DNA from: Amphiscolops sp. MND2022
Taxonomy: Eukaryota
DNA: 64,000 bases
NCBI GenBank assembly: GCA_964187785.1
Contig: OZ076409.1
Span: 54,438,001 to 54,502,000 of the forward strand
Direction of reading: 5' to 3'
Positions 49,039-62,560 of this stretch are shown piece after piece. The position numbers and the translations under genes are program-made. Every line of letters begins with the position of its first letter. The stretch's first letter is position 1. The notes under the pieces were generated by a model. It searched no databases, was not told where the DNA came from, and was given only the letters and a program-made list of their open reading frames with translations.

Positions 49039-52000
49039 TGTCGGAACAGCTGTTGGCAGTTGGAAAGACATTAATGTCATTACCTTCTCCATTACTAAAA
49101 AAAAACGTTTCAAATAGAGTCCCTACTAAACTATTTAACTCGTCAATCTTTCAATTCAAGCAGAGAAACGTCTTTCGATTGTACTATTTCATGTTCTCTT
49201 TCCTGTATCTCTAGACATTCATTACCAATAATATTGTCCAAACCGTTTAATGGAAAACTTGGAAGACAGGTAATTTGGTCTTTATTGATGTAATTGTTCG
49301 TTTGGACAGGTACTATTTGCTGATGATAGGAGGTTGCATGTTGTTTCATTTTGAATTAAGATTTCTGTTGATTTCAATACGTTTGATCAGTACGTTTAAC
49401 AGAAGCAGCATAGATGATAGCAACTTGCAGTTTTGGTAGTTCAAAATCTTGTGTGTCTGTGACTAACCGAACGGGGTTTAACGCAATACTGGTTGCGCAC
49501 CCTGTCACGTGACTGTTTCAGCCAACCATAGCGACTATTTTGATTGTTGTGAGCTGGCGCAAGTAGTGATTTACAGCTTTGAGGTGGGTTATAAGACTGC
49601 ACGCCTTTATGGCTACTGCATATTTAGAGTCATGTTTGATATGCTTGTACAGGTTAATCATCACTAACTACTGTTTTCGTCGGTAATGAAACATATTACT
49701 GTATTGGAATTGGTAATATCACAATGCCTATTTAGCTATAAATGAAGATACAATATTGACGGCTGCCCATTCCAGTCATACTTGCACGTATATTTGTGCG
49801 GAAGGTTACCATGAACACCGAAACGATAGACATTTCAAAATTGATTGAACAGTACAATGATGGTAGTTTGAATGGTATGATGACTGGCTAGTCTAGTCAT
49901 AGTTAAAACGTTGGCTTCTTCGAAAACATGATTAGCAACTGAAGGCATGGGATGGTTGTATATGATGACTTGTAATTTAAGTCATGTAATTTTGTTTATT
50001 GCATGCATTCAAACAACGGAATTTTTTTTGTTTCTTCCTTTCTTCTATCATGCCATCAGGCATGACTTTTCCCCTTTTGCGAGAGAGTGCGTGGTAGGGG
50101 TTGATGAGAGAAATGATTGGGCAACAAGGCTCGTATATTGGTAGGCTCGTTGAATCATCAAATATTTAGCAAGACTATTGGAAGTGGCAGCATCTGTATT
50201 GAGAAAGGTACATAACCGGTGTAGCAGGGGCGCATAACAAGCTCTGTTTGGAAAACTTAAGTATGAACAACATTTCGGAGTGAACTTGGAAACGTGATTG
50301 CAGTGGTATGAGTGTTTGTTTGAGCAGTTCAATAGCAACTTCATCCTTTTGTGCGCGTGTTGTTTGTAACTTTCTTGAGAGACCTTTTCAATCGATGCCA
50401 GTTGAATTGAGAATTGTTCATCAGTCGTGGAAATCTGTCAAAAAGAATTTTTGTTCACTTTTTGTCCGTTGTTCTCCGATCTGCTGCTGTCAACTGTAAT
50501 CTCCTTTGAAATAGAAAGTTTGTTCATTTCACCGCACCAAAAACGGGTAAACAATAAATATTTTTGTAGGCACAACTGGAACGAATGACTCCCAGTATCA
50601 GAAGTAAGTGTCCCTTTTTGCCGGAAACGTAGAATGTAGAAGTACGTATATGGCTTCTTTGAGAACTAACGAAATCTGCATTCCTTGCCAGTGAGGGTGA
50701 TCAGCCAGCATTTTTTAAATGGAGAGATGAGCAATTGCCGTCGTTGAAGCAATCTTCCCCAATTGTGTTTATCTTGTTCCACCCTTGTTTATTGCTGTTA
50801 TGTTGCGTGTTCGAGCTTTTCATTCGTTTGATGTCCCTTTAGCTGACATCTTGTATGAGGCACACAGAAGGTTGTCTGGTGCAGATATAGTGTTTCTCAT
50901 GCCGAAAGGAGGTGGGCTTGTTTTATCTGAGTTGCTACAAGGCCCAGATCCTTGCTGTCATTTGGCGTCGCGGGTAACTGCAGCAAATGTTATTGAATTA
51001 GCGTAGTTGTTAGTCGTCGTCTTGTCACAAGATTTCGGTGAGTTATCGCAACTTTGGTTTGTTTCACTGAGTAAGTAGGACATTCGAAATAAGTTACTTA
51101 GTTGGCTAAGCTTGAAGAGCTAAGCTTACTTAAAAAGCTAAGGTTGAAAAATGAAGCCTGGATACTGTGGGGGCGTTTGCCATTGATGATTCCCTTGGTC
51201 AAAATTAACGAAACGATGCAAGAGATTGAACGTCTGTTAAGGGGTCCTGAAGTCAGTTGTCCACTTCTGTCTCCTTCATCACGTACGTATAGTGTTGCTG
51301 CCAGTGTAACTAATGCCTCTGTACTGGGCGCTGTAGATGGTTCCTCGATGCCGACTGCGTTTGGCGGGAGGAGTGTAGTACCACATGACTTGGGCGTCTG
51401 GGTAACTTCCACTTCGCGATCTGGTACGAATTTCACAAGATAAGTGAGGAGCGCTATCTTTTCAGAAAATTCAGGTACGCGTTTGGTTCATGCGTGTCGT
51501 GGAAAACGATTAGGGTGTGTAATAATGATAAAAACCATTCAAGTGAATTTTGTGAGGAGGGGTATACTCGCTTAAGTTTTCGCACTATTTATTTTGTTCA
51601 GCTATTTATGACTGATGATGTATGTGCGGTTTGTTGTGATGTAGAGGCTGGTTCTTTATGGGATGTATCCTTGTCTTGTGGAAAAGTTGGACGGAATACT
51701 GTCGACTGGGGTTCCTTTTCGGTTGCATGTGCACACTGATTGACCGTTACGCAGGATAGACTCCACGCGCTCGATGGTACCTCAGTAAAAACTGTAAAAG
51801 TGGTAGTAGTCTTTGGAGGTCACCAGTGGGAACGGACTATGCTGAAGAATGCGGCATCACTGGTGACCTATGTGAGTTCCAGTTTCGGACTGTCGTTGGT
51901 TAGTGTGTCTGGGAACATTAGACTGGGGCGTGCGATTACAATTGTTGCTTATTCTATCATGCCGTAAATCCATAGACTATTCAATCTAGCTTGGCTCTGA

Positions 52001-55000
52001 GATTTGCTGCTACGTCAGTATTCAAAGTAATTCAGTGGACTGGAACCGTTCGGAGTGCTTAGTATTTCAAGTATCAGTTGTCAGCTGTCCCTTCGGATAG
52101 AGCCTTTTAATCGAATGCGGATGTTGCAAACGGTGGGTCAAAGTGTTGCTTATTACCAATTTACTCTTTTTAAAAGCAATTTTTTGTTTGGTTTTCTTGT
52201 TTTTGGTATGTATAAAGTATGGTGTTACGCTCTGTGTGTGCAATACACTGAATTGAGCTGTTGATGTCCTCTCAATATGACTGTTTGTTTCAGTTCGTGC
52301 CTGGAGATATCCAGCATGCCAGGAATTGTCTGCTTTGTGTGGAGAACTTGTAGAGAGGTGGGATGACTCTCGCCTACACTTCGGGGTCAGTCGAACTTAT
52401 GTAATACCTGATACGCAGACGATAGCTTGTATGGAGTATCCAGTATTCGATGATGATATAGCACGACACCGATTTGCAGTGTTGAAATTCATCTTAGACA
52501 CGAGTCATTCCTGATTCTTTTTGTATCTAGGTGTGTTGGTTGTTGCAGAAAGGTTTGTTCTCTTGCCAGTTTTGGAGCTTCGATCTTTGCGAGATGCACA
52601 TATGGAGGAGATTTTTCGCAGATTTTGACACTGTTGGCCACTTTTTACACTTATGAGGCAAACTTAGTAATTCCAACAACAGATATGGATACTTTTTTTT
52701 ACGCTTAAGGTTGCGCAAGGTCTTAAGCTACACGTTCGTCAAAAAACAGTTCAATTTCTTGGTTTCTTTTGCTATGAAGTTTTGAAAAAACTCAATTTTT
52801 GAGGGCTTTTTATCTCGGATCCCCTATATCTCAGAACTGAGACCAAACACAGACTCCATGGTTTCGTAAACTGCACAAGCGGTTTATTGGCTACATTTTA
52901 CTCTGTAGTCAAACTGTTTTGATATTTTTTTCGAGCAAGAAAAGTGTTTGAAAAGGTCTGACTTTTTTCGCTTTCGAAGCTGATTTACCTCAAAACTGAC
53001 AAACGATACAGAAACCAATCTTACTCAAAAACTACAACAAGGTAGTTAGCTAGTTTTTGTACCCAAAAATTGCAGTCATCAAGTATGACGTCTTCGTTTT
53101 TCTGCCAAAAAACTTAATTTTTTCCTGTTTCTCAGCTCTTTTATACTTGAGCTCTTATATCTCAGGTCTGAGTTCGAATGCGGAGTCAGTGTTTTCATAA
53201 ACTATACAAGGAAACTGTAGTGTACGTTTTAGGTTAAAAATGACGTCGAATTGTTTCTCGTTCTTGTTTTTTTTTCGGCAATCAAAAGGTGAAAAAGTAT
53301 CTGACAACTTCACTAGCTTCATGTGGTAAATCCCACTGGAAGTGTGCTAGGAACTTCTTCTATTGTTGGTCGTCATGTTGGATCCAGTTTTTCCTCATGC
53401 CGAGATTTGACAATACTGTCGTATATTCTTTTTTCAATTAGATTCAGTTTTCTTGGATTATCGCAACGCTCCGGTGTAGGAGACCATTATCAAGCTGATT
53501 TGGATTCTAGATCTTGAAACAGACAGTTGGTTAAGCACATTGGTGGCCTCCTCAGTGTGTTTGGTGATAAGCGAGAGTTGTTCGTTCGACATCATTGTGT
53601 AGGTTGTTGGCTTGAGTGGTGTCAGTACCTTTAATGTAGCCATTGCTGTAGTCTGGTTCAGGGGTATTGTGTGACTGGTGGGCTTTGTGATTTGGACGTG
53701 ACTTCTCGTTCAAGTAATTTGGGCCAGTGCTGAGGACAACAATAGTTTTGTCTTTTGTTCAAAAGCTGGAAAAGCACGCAGTGTGCTCGTGATTGTGTCA
53801 AGATCCTTCTCCATCAGATCGGGCACAAACAGCGGTTGGTCTGGCTGAGTGACTGTTTTCCGGGATGTTCTCAGTTCGATCATATAAACCTTGTACTGTC
53901 CACGTTCTGGTTTCAATTGAAGTGTGTTATCCGGAAACTGGACCATTTTATTGGCAATATCAAGTAATACACAGTGTTCCTTAAAGAACGACATTCCGAA
54001 TAAATTGTTGCCCATTGTAGTTTCATGAAAGTTTCATGATGGATCATGAAGAAATCCTCGGAAGTTTTAACACGATGAAGAAACAAAGAAGTACATGGTC
54101 CTGGACCAGAACAATGCTCCCTTTGGCAATTTGAACTTTTAAATCCGGGACTGGGTATTCCTCTAGGAGTGCTGCGACTGGGCTGATGTGATTGGGCGGC
54201 ATAGTTGTCTGTATGCGACATTGCACTCTGTATGACTCATATGTCGAGGAATCTGTGGTTTCAAACCCGCGAAATAAGAAGGGTAAGTACATCAATTTGT
54301 CATTCTTGTTCAATTGAAGCGTCGCATTATGGAGCCGAATTGCAACATCTTTTCCCCTCTCGTGGTAGCCCCGGGATGTTTAGTTGTTGGAGGTTTTCTG
54401 ACATTGTCTGCTTCTCGTTTGGGGCATTTCTGAGTGCCGATGCTCCAGGGATTCTGTATCTGCAGTCTTTCGCTGAGTGTCCTACCTACTCACACATTTG
54501 GCAGACTAGTTTGGTGTTGTATCTGATACGGTTTTTTCGTTGGGATCTAGCCGCTTCTGAACTGGGTTTGGCTTGTGAGTTGGTGTTTCCAGCTGCTTCG
54601 TCCCTTTGTCCAATCAGCGCCTTTGTGAATGTAATCGAGCAAAATTGACAGTTTGCATCAATTTACTGTATAGCTTGTGGTTTATCATTGTCGGCTTTCC
54701 TGGTTTTTGGTTTGGCTTGGCTTTCTTGAACCTGTGCATCTTGGTTAGAAGGCTGCCTTTGCTGGTTGCCCGGTTGTTGGGCTTATTGACATCATCTCTG
54801 AACAAATGTTTCAATCATTTCGATATTAGCATTGTGTTTGCCAGCAATCGCATGTTTGTTCTGTAATTGATTTGGTAGTTTTGCGAATAGTCAAAATTGT
54901 TCAATCGCTGATGCTTCACCACCATAGGCTTGTTTGTCCACTTTATCGTAGTTTGACCTGAAATTAATTAATGATTCCGTGGTCAAGTTTTATTGGAGTA

Positions 55001-56313
55001 TATAGAAATTGAACTTCAATACTTCGTTCAATTCATATTTGACATTTTCTTTTTTGAACGCTGAACATAGTTGTTTCTGCCAACACTTTTGGAGTTTGTC
55101 AATATTCAATGACGTCGTCTCTCAATAGGGTTTGAGAAAAATTCGGCTTTTGTTCTTCGGTGAGTTTTTTGGCTGTAGTCGCAAATGGTTGAGAAGTAAG
55201 TGCTCAAATTGTATTTCTTCCTGTTGCATTTAAACAGTGGCACTTGTGTTTGGAATTTTTCGGGTCATGCTGTCTCTCATCGAGTGTCACAATTGATGGA
55301 TTTTGGTCAATGTGATGGTTTTTTGGGGAGCGTGGTTTGTTTGTGTAGTCCTGATTAGCGTTGTAGTCTGAGGGTATTATTGGTGGCTGACACTGGACTC
55401 TCGTCACCATGTCGGGACTGCTGGTCGTCGCAGTTCTTTCGACTGCAGCTCTTTCGCGTTCTTTTTCCTGTACTTCTAGATATTCAATATCAATGGTTTT
55501 GTCCGTATCGTTTAATGGAAAATTGGGAAGACTTAAAGTTCCTTCGTTATCAATGTAATTGTTCGTTTTGATAGTACGGTTTGCTGATGATAGAAGTTTG
55601 CAATTGTTTCAATTTGGATTGAGATTTCTGCTGATATCAATACGTTTGATAAGGACGTTTAATAGAACTATTATTCTTGATAGCAACTTGCAGTTTTGGT
55701 AGTTCAAAATCTTTTGTGTTCGTGACATACCAAACGGATTTAACGCAATACTTGTTGCGCACCCTGTTAGGTGACTGTATCAGCCAACCATAGCGCATAT
55801 TTTGATTATTGTGAGTTGGCGCAAGTAGTCATTCACTATTTTAAAGTGGGTTATAAGACTGCACGTCGTTATGGCAACTGCATACTGAGAGTTGTGTTTG
55901 AAATACTTGTTAAGGTTAATCGTCACTAACTACTGTTTGCATCCGTAATGAAACTGCATACTGTATGTCAATTGGTAATATGACAATGCCTAATTGGCAG
56001 TATATGAAGATACAGCCATTCCAGTGATACTTGCATGTAGAATTGTGTAAAAGGTAATGATGAACACCAGAACGATAGGCATAATTCTCATTGATTGAAT
56101 AAAATATTGATATAAGGTGAATGGTATGATGACTGACTATTACAGTCGTAGTTAAAATGTTGACTTGTTCGAAAACGTGATTGGCAACTAACGGAAAGGG
56201 ACTGTTGGTGGTTTGAAGTTTTAGTCTTGTACTTTTATATTTCATGCATCCAAAGAACGGAATAATTTTGATTTTATTCCTTTCTTCTTTTCTTATGCCA
56301 TTTGGTCTTGACA
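49039..56313 (-). mobile_element. Old, decayed Ty3/Gypsy element related to the intact one, with RT/RNase H missing
   Basis: Diverged LTRs ~49039-50067 and 55410-56313. TSD GAAAT at 49034-49038 and 56314-56318. PBS TGGTGACGAGAG next to 55410; purine tract near 50068. Protease-region remnants (LMYLPFLF, LFGMSFFKEHCVLLDI) align by eye with pol at ~44400-44770; integrase C-terminal IRIRLK near 52110. Confidence 0.82.
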
Positions 56314-56321
56314 GAAATAGT

Positions 56322-56862
56322 CGAGACGTCTTGATTACTTCTTTTGATCTAATTTTGTTCTGTGAAAGTTCGTTCGCATCGAAGAAACGTTGCTAATTTG
56401 AATGATTGACAAAAGCGAGCGTTCAAAGTTGCTTTAAAACGTTTGTTTACTAATTTTGATACTTTGGAAGCTCGAAAACTTTTATGCGTCACTTTCTGTG
56501 GTTCATCTAGTACATGTACTAGGCATCCTAAAAAGACGGAACGTATGAAACTTTCCTCATCTTCAAGTAGCACTGTTTGTCAAGAAGCAAGTGAAACTTT
56601 GTCAGTCTTTCAAATAATTTGTCACTAGGTAACCAATATTTCCGAATAAGATGTGTCAAACTTTGAATGAATGTGTACTTGGTGAACAAAACAAACAGAT
56701 TGCATCAAAACTCGAGCTCCCAAAATTGAAAATATTTTTCAACAAACGTTTCAAAACAACTTTGAACGCTGTTGTCAATCATTCGAATTCGCATGGTTAC
56801 TTAGATGCTAAACAACTTTCGCGCAACGAAAGAGAACATACAGACTGATGAAGACGTCTAGA
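56322..56862. mobile_element. Old MITE with ~130-bp imperfect terminal inverted repeats
   Basis: GACGTCTT...GAATGATTGACAA..GCGTTCAAAGTTG..AAACGTTTGTT at left is mirrored by AACAAACGTTT..CAACTTTGAACGC..TTGTCAATCATTC...AAGACGTC at right. Confidence 0.6.
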
Positions 56863-57239
56863 GTCTTTTTGATAGTTCGAACCATTTTTAGTTGGAGATG
56901 TGATTATGTATTCTGAGCTTCAAGCAATGAGATTGACAGAAACTTTGAAAGACTTCCTGTGCCGTCTTTACAAATGGTTAAAACTTGAAAAGTAAGATTT
57001 TTGTGCGTTCCTTTTTGGTTCACTCATAAAAATGGTATACTCAAAACGTAACAAAATGGCTTAGAAAAACTCGGTTTATTATTTTTTGATGGCTAACACA
57101 AGGATAGCTGAACCAGTTACACCGACCATAAAGTTTATTTTGGTATTAATGCAGTACATATTAGTTTATTTCACTTTTGCAACAGATAAAGATAAAATTT
57201 GAAAAACTTGATACGATTCTAGTACTTGATTGGCTCTCC

Positions 57240-57560
57240 AGTGTCGAAAATGCAAGTTGTGTTTCTTCAATATTCTTCTTACCATTGTGTGAGATATAGT
57301 TTTTATACTGAAACTGTTGAAAATACATCGATAATTTGCAATTGTCTGCTTGCGGTTCAATTTGGCATATGAAATATTTTGTCGTTCTTTTTTCGCAGAC
57401 AACTTATCAGGACGCCCTGTCAGTATAGCACTGAAATCCGGATTTTTGAATGTGCTCTTCAAATTCCCCTTGCAGTTCAGCGATGTCAAACTTTTCTGCA
57501 ATTTCGCGCCAGCTGTTGTCTTTTCGTGAAATAACAACTTGTGCTTTATTTCGGCTTGCT
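57240..57560 (-). pseudogene. Tc1/mariner transposase N-terminal (HTH) fragment
   Basis: GRPDKLS...ISHTMVRRILKKHNL matches the GRPR and S-x-x-TVRR-x-L motifs of Tc1 DNA-binding domains. Confidence 0.65.
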
Positions 57561-58744
57561 CTTCCTTGTGGCAACTGACGGCGTGTGAACAAAATTGAGA
57601 ACATTTTTGAAATGAAGAAAGAACTAGAAAATTTTTTTGAAGGTTGATGTTTCATTGGTAAAAAAACATTTACATTTCTGTATCTGTTTTTTGTCTTTTG
57701 CATAAATTTGCCGGCCCTGTCAAACTTTATGGTCGAATAGTGTATATATCTAAACGAAACGTGATTTCCAAGTAAGTGCCAGTCAAAAAACGTGCAACGC
57801 ATTCTGGACTGTCAATATTGACAAAAAGCATAGGTACAACTATTCGTGACATAAAACCGCTGTGACCGAAAAAAACTGTAACGTCGATTTAAAGTCACAG
57901 TACCTGCCAAACTTGTCCGCTGAAAGCTCGGTTTATGTTGACTTTTCAATGCCTATACCGTTTGTGTGTGTCTTTCAATTAAAAAATCGGTCTACTTCTT
58001 AGTTGGCACTTCTTTGCAAATGACAAAAAGCGGGAATGTCATAGTTGCTTTTGTCGTTGTTATAAAATTTTTTTCAATCCACACGAATTGAACAAAGTAG
58101 TTTTTCAAAAGTTCTAGAACATTTTGAAAAGTATTTTTTGGCCTACGAACTGAACTATATTAACTTTTTTCTGATATGAACAAAATTATGCGCCATGTTC
58201 GAATTTTGACGTTATATCTGAAGACAATTGCGTTTCACTAAGCAAAAGGCCGAAGTTGAAAAAACAGCACTTCCGTATGGCCCACCATGTTATATCCAAA
58301 CTTTTGACGTTATTACACAATCAAATTCTAACTTAAACTTGAGGCTCAAAAGTCCCCGTTTGAGTTTTTTGGGTACTCTGCAGAAAAATCGTTGACGAAT
58401 ACGCTTTCACGTCCTTCTATTTTTGAGGCTGAAGCGGGGTGCCGACTTATGCTGTTCCCGGCTTGTTGATGTTCAAAATTGTATGTTTGAACAGGATGGC
58501 ATTTTGAATGTGAGTGGTAGCCTGAAAAATTACGCGTTCCATCTTTTGTGCACCTAGTACTCATCGGTTTTACGGGCAACATCAGACAGTTACGCGAAGT
58601 ACATTGACCTGAACGAAAAACCTCCATCCAAAATAGTTTCTATTATTTGTAACCCCATTATTTACTGAAGAAAGTACTGAAAAGTTTTAAAGTCTCTATC
58701 AATCATTCAGAATGAAGATATTGTTCGGTAATCACATCTTCAAA

Positions 58745-59110
58745 AACTAGCCGGGACCAGCCCAAGTCGGCGCCATATCTAAGGCTCAAAAATAGCACAA
58801 GGACTACTGCGTGTTAAATAAAGTATTTGTGAATTGGGGATCCTTCGGTAAAAAACAAGATTTTCGAAAAGTCTCACAATGTCAATTGAATTGAAAGACA
58901 CTTTAGTCTCGCCCAGTATTGTATATTACGCTGAAAAAAAAAGAAAAACCCTTTTGGTTCAGTTCCCTGGGCCAACAGGAACAATATAAAATTTTTGAAG
59001 GACTTTTGGTAGAACTATTTTGGTCACTTCAGGTGTAGCGAAAAAAACACTGACGAAAAGCCATGACTAAAGTCGACTCTTTTCTTAAGAAAAGAGCCGC
59101 TTAAAAATAG
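58745..59110 (-). mobile_element. Helitron-like non-autonomous repeat (3' GC hairpin + CTAG)
   Basis: Minus strand ends GATATGGCGCCGACTTGGGCTGGTCCCGGCTAGTTT. Related ends occur at 85-127, 460-497, 4622-4664, 5140-5175, 14145-14182, 18031-18068, 21165-21193 and 58433-58466. Confidence 0.5.
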
Positions 59111-59972
59111 TTCAAAACTATCCGAAATAGTCAAGTCAGCTTGACAAGTCATTCTCTTCTCACTTTCATTGTGTGAACGTTCTCTCGCTTCTTACAATAG
59201 ACGCTACATTTGAATAATTGAATAAGATTTTGTGAATTCCGCAACTCCTCTACATACAACGTTCTTTGGCAGTTCACCGGGTTCTGGATAACTAAGAAAT
59301 GGCACCAAGAAACCCTGAATTTGTCAAACATGGAAGTGCTCGCAAATATCTCATTGAGAAATCACTTCTCAGCATTTCAATCCAATGGTCTGAAAAAACC
59401 TTACAAGTCAATGCGAGTAACCAATCTAGAATTGATATATCCAGATTCGAAAAGCGGAGCTAAATTACTTGGACTGATTGATTTTGAGGATCCAAAGGTT
59501 TTTATGGAAAATTTGACAAAGTAGCAACTGCATCGCTATTCGAACACCTTCTAACTTCGCTGAAATTCGGAAGGAATGTACAAACAGCGAGGAAGTGTGC
59601 AACCTTAAATATCTAAAACGCATCGGAAATGAGTTTGAATTCATGTTGAAACATTCAGACAATTAATCACTTTACTGTCACTTTTTTGCACCCAAATTCA
59701 ACATTTTATGGTGTTTCAGCAAAATTTTTCCTATTGTTTGTGAACAAACTAGCCCTCCGGAGAATTTTAAACTATGCATTGACTCAATTTATGATTATTC
59801 CTCTTTCATACTAGACCAACGAAATCTTCCCAATATGAAATTTCGGAGAACCAATTTATTTTCTGTAGAGGTGTCTATGAAAATCATCTAAGAACTTCAT
59901 AGAAAAATCCGACCACAAAAAAAGACAAAGTAGAGAAACTTTGTAAAAATTCAACTTTTAGAAGCCCTGCAT

Positions 59973-61882
59973 TGTCACATCCCCCTCAGCGTTGTGAGGA
60001 AGAAGACTAAGTGGAAGCGCCGGAAAGGACGAAAGATGGAAAACACTAAAACAAGACACATAAAATGAACCCGAAACACAAGCTATTAATACGTATAAAC
60101 GTGCATAATTCAGAGAATATTCAGTCTAAACTTCAATAAACCTGAAATGAAACACCCTAAAAACATCAATAGAAGTAGTTAAATACTTATATAAAGATTG
60201 AAATAAAAACAACACCATCGCGCAGTACCTGAAACACATACATATGTAAATACTTGAATAAGCTCAAGTGCAGTATTTATTTGTAGTCAAACAGCCAGTC
60301 CGTTGACTGAATTTAATCCAGGAAGCACGTTGACTGGAGTGTGGCCTCAGCAACGGCAGCGAATACAAGCTAGCAGTAGTCACCCGCTCAGTCAACCTTC
60401 CAACGGACTTTTTATTTACACATCTAATAAAACTTTAACTTTATCTTAGTCATTTATTGATACTAATCAACAACTGCATAGAAGCCTAAAATGAACGAAA
60501 TATGAACCGAAGAAATAAATATTGATCTTATAAGGATGATGATTGTAATTCATGAAGTCCTAAGATCTGAGTCGACGTTCCAGGCAACACTCTGATTTTC
60601 GCGTGAGTCAATCGCCAAGGCAGAAAGAAACCATTCATTTATGTAATGTAATTTGCAGCTCATATAATTGCTATTGTCTCGTTTTTAGTTATGTAATGCT
60701 TTTAACGCTAATTATTTAATTTTAGCAATGTTTCCGTTTGAGTCGACCTGAGTCATCAATTTGGTCGATCGTTTTGTTGTTCAGAAGGTAAACGCGCCAC
60801 CTGGCATGAGACCAGGGATTTTGTTAAGTAATTGGAATAAAATGCAAATTGTTCGAACTAATTAGTCACCTCGATATCTGCGAAAGGTGCTTACTTATTT
60901 TTCAGTACATTTATTTATTCACACTCGTCAGAATTCCGAATTTCTTTCGATGTCAATTTATTTTCTTTTCTCGCTTCTCGCATCAGTTGCTAGGTTCATG
61001 AATTTCAGTGCCAACTTTGGTTCGGCATCCTGAATTGACAGGGAATGAAGAAGAAAGGAACACGGAACTGGGACTTCGGCAGGATGTTAATTCCCATTTT
61101 CCTTGAAGTCAGATGACACTGAACGCCGAATCCCGAGGAACCCTACCGTATTTGGATTTCTTTGCCTCGGAAGGACACCGTGTTAAACAAGGTGTGACGT
61201 TCACGCGCGGATTTATCCCGAGTGTCTAGCGCAAAGTATAATTACCTGTTGCGGGATTTTGAGAGGACTTCATTTTTCCAATCTCATTTGAATGCAGTAT
61301 TCGATTCTGACTTTGTAATTCTCAACTTTGTTTGAACTTTGAATTGTAAACCCTATTTGTTTTATCTCAACCTTGATTTGTTCGGTTTGTTTTGTATAGA
61401 ACAGTATTCGTCTATATCATTCGCTTTTATAAAACAAAACTTGGCATGCTGACGGGATCCAATAGGTGACTCGACAATTATTACATTAATTGAACTTTAA
61501 TTCTGTCACGAATCTTTTCCCCAAGAACATGCCAGAAAAGACTAAAAGGGGCAATTGAACAAAGATCCCCTAAGCAATCAGGCTGTAATTGAGACAACAA
61601 GCTCAATAGCATATGAAAACCAATTTTTGTCGGACCGGGATTTTGGGAATATTTTTAGTAAAATAGAAAGTAGAGTGTCCAAATGGCTGCGCGACACAGG
61701 ACACAACCAAAGTGAAATACTAGGGCTGATAGAGAACATGTCATACTAAGTCGAAATTTTATCCAACACCTCCTTGGAACAATGCTATCCTAATTCCAGG
61801 ATTGATAGTCAAGGAGTTTTGTCAGACCTGCTAATCACATATTCTGAGGGACTAAACATATCTACAAACGCTTGTTACAACA
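59973..61882 (+). mobile_element. Solo LTR (~1.9 kb)
   Basis: TGTCACA...ACAACA ends flanked by TGCAT at 59968-59972 and 61883-61887. Contains a broken gag-N-like frame (MPEKTKRG..., ~61530-61750) near its 3' end. Confidence 0.7.
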
Positions 61883-62089
61883 TGCATTTACAATTTGCTC
61901 ACGAAACTCTAGCAAATCGATGGCGATACTCCCCTCTTAGGTCAAGTGGGCCGGGCCACAGTACGAAAATATCAGTACGAAATGAGGTCCGAATTGAGAG
62001 GGATTTCAACCATCAAACAGGAAAATCTCAGGGATGATTGTCGAAAAAGTTCAAAGTTCAAAGTTCAAAATTGAAAATTCCCTAACGCA

Positions 62090-62560
62090 CTCAAAAACAC
62101 TGGTGATGGATAACGAAAGGTATTTCACTTTTTCTAGATGCAAAATTTCTTCAAACGCGGGATTTTCTTCATCAAATGTCAGACAATTACCTCGAGAAAC
62201 CAAAAAGTACCCTACTAAAGAATTTGACTAAAAATGATTAGGTGCGCAGTTTCCAACGACAGTGTGAGTCGTGTTTGCGTGGCAGAAAAAAAAGAATCGA
62301 TGAATACAGAACGCTACCAGTCTATTCTCAAGTGTCATCTCTTACACTTCATTGAAACAGTGTGGCGGTTGTGATAACCTTATTTCCCGGCCAGATTTGG
62401 CATTATCTCATTTCGCAACTGATGTTTAATCTTTGTTAATTTTTGAGAACAATGATTTTGTGAAAACAACCCTCCAAACTGTCCACATCTGAGACCTATT
62501 GAGCATTTTTTTGGTCTATTCTTACACAATTGGTAAACAATAACGATTTTCAAGCAACTT
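62090..62560 (+). pseudogene. Tc1/mariner (DD37E-like) transposase catalytic-domain remnant
   Basis: Motifs LVMDNERYF, PDLALSHF and NPPNCPHLRPIEHFF, spread across frames with stops. Confidence 0.75.
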
